From Octopus bimaculoides (lineage: Eukaryota): a stretch of 64,000 nucleotides of DNA. Positions 60,861-64,000 of the stretch are shown here, in pieces. The stretch spans positions 25,883,825 through 25,947,824 of the forward strand of contig NC_068982.1 of the NCBI RefSeq assembly GCF_001194135.2. The letters run 5' to 3'. A program made the position numbers and the translations under genes. The notes beneath the pieces were generated by a model, which was not told where the DNA came from, made no database searches, and worked only from the letters and a program-made list of their open reading frames with translations. Each line of letters starts with the position of its first letter. Within the stretch, counting starts at the first letter, position 1.

Positions 60861-61532
60861 ATATTGTGATGGTGGTGATTGCAATGATAATGAAGTAAAT
60901 ATAAAATTTGAAAGAAATCTCTTTCAAAGAAATAAAAATGAAAAGTAAAAAGGGAAAATTTGAAAATAACAGGACATAAATGAAACAAAGAACATGAATA
61001 GTTAAATTCTATTTAAAAATCATATTAAGTGCTTTGTTTTCAAATAACACACCACAAAGTGTATGAGTTTATTAAAGGACAGAAGAGTTGTCATAAATAA
61101 TTAGGAATTAGGACCAGAAATAGTTTACAAACAAGTGAAAGATAGTTATTAAGAAATTACTCTGCTATTTTATTCAAATGCACTTCTGATGGAATGTAAT
61201 ATTGTTTAGTTATGTAATAAAAGGAAATGCATCAAAATGTTTATGAGGTAAATATATGCAAAAATCTACATCTTCACTGTATCCAAATATCATTCTGAAA
61301 ACAAAAAAAAAAGCTATAAACTAAATCTAGCATGCTTATAAATAATAATAATCTGGCACCAAACCAACTATTATACATAGAAGGTAAGCTGTAAGGTTTA
61401 GTATATTTAAATAAACCCCAAAGTATTAATAGTTAGATATTAAATTGACTCCAATGAAAGGATAAAAGGTAAATTTAATCTTCAAAGTCATTTGAAATCA
61501 GAGTATAGAACAATGAAATAAAATACTTGAAG

Positions 61533-61829
61533 CAGTGACTCTCAAATGGTGTACTATGGAACACTAGCGTGCCACAAGTTGTAGCTAGGTCTGACACAAA
61601 ATAATATATTTTAGAAAAATGTGAAAAACACAAATTGAAATTCTAAAACTGAAAAAACCTTGCTAATTGTTTCATTTATTGAATAAAAAAGTAAACTTTT
61701 TCTGTAATTTTAAATTGTTCATAATCTATAATATACAAATACCTGTTATTATTTCATGCATCAATTGCACCAACACATTTCTTTTTGCTTCAAAGTGCAG
61801 TGCAAATATAAAAATGCTAGGAACCACTA
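61533..61829. mobile_element. hAT/Charlie-like MITE (decayed)
   Basis: Ends CAGTGACTCTCAAAT and (rc) TAGTGGTTCCTAGCAT; no matching TSD. Confidence 0.4.
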
Positions 61830-62483
61830 CTGTCATGTCTTCTTAGTATTTTACAATTCCATTCACATGTAGGATGCATAATAGGAGTTATAAATCAACC
61901 TCAGGTTAATTAATTCATTTTATTGAACTTAGAATGAGTAAAGGAAAAAGCTGGTCTTTTTAAGATTTCATCTCAAACTATTAAAGGCTCAATACAAGGC
62001 AATTTGTCCAATGTTCTAGTTATGTCCATTATTCTACCATTTGTATTAAACCCTTACCATAAAAATTGACATACTATCAATTGAACAGACTCCAATACAT
62101 AACTGATACTTATTTCACTGACTTTACAATATTAAGGTGAAAGACAAAGCCAAAGGGATTTGAACTTAGAACATAATAGTACATAACTATATATAACTAA
62201 ACACAGCACCAAGCATTTTCTTTGGCACTGTACCAATTCTGCCACCCACTGCCCTATACTGCAATACCAGCAACTGAAATCTGCTTCATCTTCCCAAATA
62301 TAAAATATAGATAAGTAGGACACAAGCATGAAGAAATCTGTGTCGTAACCACTTTATATTTTTTTTAATAGTTATATTTTAAAGAAAGGATGTGACAATC
62401 TTGCCTTTCCAGAGGCATTAACATCTCAGAAAATGATTGAAAGAAGCTAGCCATACTTTATCCCTCTCCTTGCTTCATAAACA

Positions 62484-62521
<38 letters not shown>

Positions 62522-63357
62522 CAGTCCTTCTTTGTTTTATACAGACTGCATACTTAACTGGCACTCGTTTCATCCACTTCAGAGAGAGAGAAGAAAAATT
62601 TGACCCCATGGGAATTTGAATCTTGACTACAAAATGAGATGGCCAAATAGAAAATCAACAAGTTATTTTCTCTGGTACATCATTAATATTTTATCATTTA
62701 TTGTTATTCTTGCTGTTAACTAGAACATAAAATACATTTTAGTACATTAGCAGCTCAATTCCTTGAATTAATCAAACTTAATTCTAGCAATTATGTTCAC
62801 AGCACCCCAAAGTGAATAAAAGTCAAAAGTCAGCTCTTGTGAGATAGCAACTGAAATAAATTTTAAAAATACCAAAACTTATCTGCTATCATTACACCTC
62901 ACAATAATAATTACTTAACTCATTAGAAATAATTCATTTTTCTATTTTTGTACTTTACACTGAAATGAAACACTCAACATAACTTAACCCCAAATATTTG
63001 TTATTTAAGGTACAAAAAATGTTAAGGGGATACTTATTTTATAGAGTCTAAGCTGGTTGAAAGGTAGAGTTGAGTGTATCAAGAATTGGGTCCAGAATTT
63101 GAAACGAAATAAATGCCAAAAAGCAAAATGTACAACACTGCACCATATCTAACACTAATAATAATCCTAAGTAATTACTGACAGTTATATAATGCCTATT
63201 CATAAGAGTTACTGAAATATAATCCAAAATATCTGCTGCTATGAAAATTCAATAACAGCCAAACTCAAAAATGTCAAAAAAAAATGCAGTTTAGGAAACC
63301 CTTCTGATTAAAATTTTGTGGATGGATATTTTATATACCTTTGCCAATTATGTTTGA

Positions 63358-63404
<47 letters not shown>

Positions 63405-64000
63405 AGCAAAAGTTGAGCGAGTCTGTATAGTGCAAAAATATTTCAGATATGTCACAGTTGCTTCCCTTCGCATCCAGTCGACTAAACTTCTTTCATTTCA
63501 TTTTTATGACTATAAATTATCATGGTAAAATCTGCGGTTGATTTAATTGATTAAAACCCTGAAGGCAATTAATTAAAAAGCTGAAACCAATAAAAAAAAA
63601 TAGAAAAATAAATTAATACTTTAAACTTTATCCTAAGTGACAGCACAAATGTCGGTTATTCCTATGACATTGAGCATTCAACAAAAAGTTTTAAACTTTC
63701 CCACTCAATTTATTGTCATTGCATAGAAATAAAATGATATAAGTGGATCGACTTACTGCTATGTTACGCTATTTTAAGAAACACTTAACTGTTGAGTATG
63801 CCTACAGCCATTGTAACGATCACAACTCATAATGTAACTGACAAAGGTACATAACTCTGCAAACCCCTCCGCCATTCACCTGACCAATACCTAATTTTTA
63901 ACATAGTTTAGAGGATTAACAAGAGAAAGTACCTAGCTAGTAACTCCACGCTAACTCCAATTTGAAAAATATAACCAGCCAAACCTACCAGAGGGAATAT

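Noticed and set aside
47096-64000. Nested LRRTM-like or other antisense gene in the large intron
   Set aside because: No long gap-free ORF or leucine-rich-repeat pattern on either strand within the window.

Overview
This is AT-rich eukaryotic genomic DNA from a gapped scaffold (11 N-runs), dense in microsatellites and decayed transposons. The repeat families (tRNA-derived SINEs, RTE LINE tails, Penelope-like fragments) look like those of an octopod cephalopod; that assignment is inference. The main feature is the 3' part of an alpha-catenin gene on the minus strand. I reconstructed it by hand as 13 GT-AG coding exons (47095 down to 17777) that join in frame into 544 aa plus stop, covering most of the M domain, the phospho-linker and the actin-binding domain. 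The set includes a 61-nt exon and a 21-nt microexon whose coding frames are absent from the ORF track. The N-terminal exons are not visible and probably lie beyond 64000, behind an intron of at least 16.9 kb. The rest is intron, a probably long 3' UTR, and TE relics: Penelope-like, RTE, CR1/L2, mariner, Tc1, hAT-like and piggyBac-like MITEs, and SINEs. The best second-look items are the microexon, a candidate poison exon, and several fold-back structures, two of which carry hammerhead-ribozyme-like motifs. I found no clearly new multi-gene system.
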